DNA from: an uncultured Planctomycetota bacterium
GTDB lineage: Bacteria; Planctomycetota; Planctomycetia; Pirellulales; Lacipirellulaceae
Reading direction: 5' to 3'
Assembly (NCBI GenBank): GCA_963719315.1
Contig: CAVRBU010000005.1
Span: 32,001-96,000, forward strand
Length of the DNA stretch: 64,000 nucleotides
Shown: piece by piece, positions 60,811-64,000 of the stretch
Layout of the letters: the number at the start of each line of letters is the position of its first letter
Position numbering within the stretch: position 1 is the first letter of the stretch
Notes under the pieces: model-generated
Seen by the model: the letters and a program-made list of their open reading frames with translations, nothing else
Told to the model about the DNA's origin: nothing
Databases searched by the model: none
Position numbers and translations under genes: made by a program

Positions 60811-62007
60811 CTATCGTAGCCGAGCGAGTTGCTCGGTTAAAGCGTCGAGGATTTCGGCGGTGTGGTGATAACACAGGCTAAGGCGGAGGAGCGATTCGCC
60901 GTCGGGGACGGAGGGGGGGCGGATGCCTGGGATAAAGAAGCCGGCTTCGCGTAGGTTCGAAGCGAGTTCCATGGTGCGTTTGGCGTCGCCGATGTAAAGG
61001 GGGATGATTTGACTGGCGGAGCCGCCGATGTTCCAGCCTTGGGCTGCCAGTCGCGAACGCAAAGTGGCGGCGTTCGCAAGAAGTTCTTGGCGGCGATGGG
61101 GTTCTTGTCGGACGATCTCTAGTGCGGCGATGGCGGCGGCGCTCGCGGCGGGGGGCTGGGCGGTCGAGAAGACGTAAGTGCGGGCGCGGTTGGCAAGCCA
61201 ATCGATGAGCGATTGGCGGCCGCAGACGAAGCCGCCGGCGGTGCCGAGGGCTTTGCTAAGCGTGCCAATGCGGATGGCGATGGAGGTTGCAGGATGCGGG
61301 ATGAGCGGTGCGGGGGAAGAATGAGATTGTTCCCACGCGCCGCAACCGTTAGGACCAAAGACGCCGGTGGCGTGGGCTTCGTCGAACATGAGCATGGCGT
61401 CAAATTTTTCGGCGAGTTCAGCAATTCGCGCGAGTGGAGCGAGATCGCCGTCCATGCTAAAGAGCGTGTCGGTGACGATGAGCCGGCGGCGGAAGCCGCC
61501 GGTTTCGCGAAGCATTTGTTCGAGCGCGTCGCAATCGCAGTGTGGATAGACGAACTGCGTGGCCTTCGAGAGGCGGCAGCCGTCGATGAGGCTGGCGTGG
61601 TTCCTGGCGTCGCCGAAGACAACGTCCCCTTCTTCGATCAGAGCGGGAATGATGCCGGCGTTCGCGGCGAAGCCGGAGGGGAACACAAGCGCGGCCTCGG
61701 TGCCTTCGAATTCGGCGAGGCGTCGTTCCAATTCGGCGAGCGATTTGCTGCGGCCGCTCACCAGCGGGCTCGCGCCGCTGCCCCACCCTTCACGCTCGGT
61801 GGCGATTCGGGCTGCTTCCCTTAAGCGCGGATCGGAGGCGAGCCCCAAATAATCGTTCGAGCCGAAGTTGATGAGCTCGCGGCCGTCAATCGAGATGCGC
61901 GCCGATTGTGCGCCGCTGCGAACTGCATGGCGGCGGCGCAGGTCGCGGCGCTCGAGGTCGCTGAGCGCGTCGTCGATCCAGGCGAGTGGGTCGTGCGTAG
62001 TGAACAT
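60811..62007 (-). CDS. bioF: 8-amino-7-oxononanoate synthase
   Basis: NFGSNDYLGL, NHASLIDG, FSMDGD, DEAHATG, GTLSKALG. Confidence 0.93.
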   Translation of the reverse strand: MFTTHDPLAWIDDALSDLERRDLRRRHAVRSGAQSARISIDGRELINFGSNDYLGLASDPRLREAARIATEREGWGSGASPLVSGRSKSLAELERRLAEFEGTEAALVFPSGFAANAGIIPALIEEGDVVFGDARNHASLIDGCRLSKATQFVYPHCDCDALEQMLRETGGFRRRLIVTDTLFSMDGDLAPLARIAELAEKFDAMLMFDEAHATGVFGPNGCGAWEQSHSSPAPLIPHPATSIAIRIGTLSKALGTAGGFVCGRQSLIDWLANRARTYVFSTAQPPAASAAAIAALEIVRQEPHRRQELLANAATLRSRLAAQGWNIGGSASQIIPLYIGDAKRTMELASNLREAGFFIPGIRPPSVPDGESLLRLSLCYHHTAEILDALTEQLARLR

Positions 62008-62187
62008 GTTGCGCTAAGCCGCCCTTCGACTAGCTCAGGACCATTTGACCAGCGTCCGCGGTGGTTTGACAAGCGCCATCGCGCCCGGAACAATGAGTTG
62101 AAATCTCGTGATTTTCAGCCTCCCGTCCCCCGCCTGCGGGGTGGGAACTTTGTCGGCGGAACGAGCGTCTAAACCTGCGAGCGAAGT

Positions 62188-62763
62188 TTGAGCGACGACG
62201 CCTCACTCATTGCGGCAACTTTGGCCGGCGACAACGCCGCCTTCGGCCGATTGGTGGGGTTGTATCAGGATCGGCTTTACAACTCGCTCCTGCGCGTGCT
62301 GGGCTCGGCCGAGGACGCCGCGGACATCGTACAGGACGCTTTCGTACAGGCGTTCACAAAGCTCGACACGTTCCGCGGTTCGTCGGCATTTTACACTTGG
62401 TTGTATCGCATTGCGTTCAACCTGGCCATGAGCCACGCCCGCCGGGGACACAAAACGACGTCGCTCGATGGAATGAAATCGCTGGTGGGAGACGAGCCAA
62501 TGGACGGTCAGCCCTCGGCCGAAGCGGGCGCGATGCGGCAGGAGCGGGCCGAGTTGGTCCAGGCCGCACTCGCGGAACTAAGCATGGATTATCGACAGAT
62601 ATTGGTGCTGCGCGAAATCGACGGTTGTCGTTACGACGAGATTGCACAGATTTTGGATTTGCCGGTGGGCACGGTGCGGAGCCGATTGTTTCGAGCACGA
62701 TTGCAGATGAGGGACTTGTTAGCGCCCCGGTTGCATATTGAGAGAATCGTGGACACCCGATGA
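62188..62763 (+). CDS. ECF sigma-70 factor
   Basis: DIVQDAF, FYTWLYRIAFN, YDEIAQILDLPVGTVRSRLFRAR. Confidence 0.94.
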   Translation: MSDDASLIAATLAGDNAAFGRLVGLYQDRLYNSLLRVLGSAEDAADIVQDAFVQAFTKLDTFRGSSAFYTWLYRIAFNLAMSHARRGHKTTSLDGMKSLVGDEPMDGQPSAEAGAMRQERAELVQAALAELSMDYRQILVLREIDGCRYDEIAQILDLPVGTVRSRLFRARLQMRDLLAPRLHIERIVDTR

Positions 62764-64000
62764 GCGAGCGAGAGTTCCAACACGAATCGGATGACGAGCT
62801 GCTGAGCGCCTACCTCGATGGCGAGCTCGCGCCGCGAAACGCGCCGCGGTCGAGGCTCGGATGGAGAACGATTCCGAAGCGCGAAAAATGTTCCATCAGT
62901 TGCGGTCGGTGTCGCAAGACGTGCAATCGTTGCCGCTGGAATCGGTCGGTCGGGATTTGAGCGAGTCGATCTTGCGACGAGCGAAGGCGCTCCAACCGGC
63001 GACGGGTGAGAGCGCTGTCGATGGTGCGATTCCAAAGTTCGGCGGCCCGACGCCCAAGGTCACCATCTTTCAAACGCGGCGGTCCTGGTTCTGGGCCTCG
63101 CTGGCCGTGGCGGCCGGGCTGTTGGTCATGGTGTTGCAACCGGGCGATGAGAATGGAAACAACCTGCCGGCGGTTGCTCAGCACGATGGAACTTCGACGG
63201 TAAATCGGCAACTGAAGGATTTTTCTCCAGGAGCGACCAACGAGCCGACTTCCGCGACAGCAATTGATCCGACACAAATCGCCAGAAGCGCGTCCGCATT
63301 GCCGACGCCAGCCGCATCTCCGGCCATGCCGTTGGGAGCGGTCGTCGGAGCGCCGCAGTCAGCGATGTGGGGGAAGGAGCCGGCGCCGACCGATCTTGCC
63401 ATGTTTGACGGGGCGACCACCAACGACCGCGCGACCGACAAAGCAGCGGAACGGGTGGCAACCCCTCAGTTGCCCGCGTCTACTCCCATGCGTCAGGATG
63501 CACTCTCGGATACGGAGATTCGTTCGGGCCAAATTGCCGGAGCAACTCAGCCATCGCCACCGCCCGACAATCTCGCGGAAACAGCGCCTCTTGCCGCAGC
63601 GCCGCCATCACCAGCCGCGCCGGCGCCGATCGCCGGGCGTGGTGGATTAGGAAACGATGTCGGTTCGCGATTCGGAGGCAGCAAAGTAGGCGAATCGGTG
63701 TCGGCGAAAACCTCGGCAGCCGGTGCATCAAAGTCGGGTGGTGCCCTGGGCGGCGCTTTCTCCGCCTCACAAAGTGGACCGCAGGAAGAAAATGAGGAGC
63801 CGCGTCCGCAAGTCATCGTTCACGTCCTTGCGAAACCAGAAGCGTATCAGAGAAGGTCTTTCGAGAAACTACTGGCGAGTCAAGGCGTTGTCGTGGAAAT
63901 GGAGCACGATACAGATAAGGACGAACGAGCCAGCGGCAGACTTGGCAGCGATGCGAAACCTGCGAACCAAGAAGTGCTGGCCGAGAAGTCAACGATCGCG
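62760..64000 (+). CDS. Anti-sigma factor-like membrane protein (frameshift near 62835; runs off window)
   Basis: ATGA overlap with the sigma gene; ELLSAYLDGEL, then after the shift RAAVEARMEND...WFWASLAVAAGLLVMV (TM) and a long Ala/Pro-rich tail. Confidence 0.8.

Overview
GC-rich bacterial DNA that looks planctomycete (two DUF1559 prepilin-like genes, at least six PEP-CTERM proteins, dockerin-like repeats). The ends look like ordinary chromosome: a rhomboid protease on the left; aminotransferase, TrhA, DUF1080, bioF and an ECF sigma/anti-sigma pair on the right. About 2-55 kb is accessory DNA, split into modules by three same-orientation copies of the tmRNA 3' end (15529, 26860, 44917) that look like integration scars. 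Modules in order: (1) an integrase-less integron relic (attI-like site plus one cassette with attC); (2) a four-gene arsenosugar cluster; (3) a YqhH/YqhG + GHKL ATPase + SWIM-SNF2 block of unknown function; (4) a signalling block with a kinase-tubulin fusion, degenerate EAL and GGDEF proteins and an AAA ATPase; (5) sugar-kinase and mobile-element debris; (6) a LacI-controlled, probable beta-1,2-glucan locus whose operators also precede DUF1559 and PEP-CTERM genes; (7) a sigma-54 PEP-CTERM block; (8) a His/Cys-rich ORF ending in RGPP upstream of the second DUF1559 gene. At least seven genes have single-base frameshifts, probably assembly errors. All family calls come from reading motifs by eye; no database search was run.
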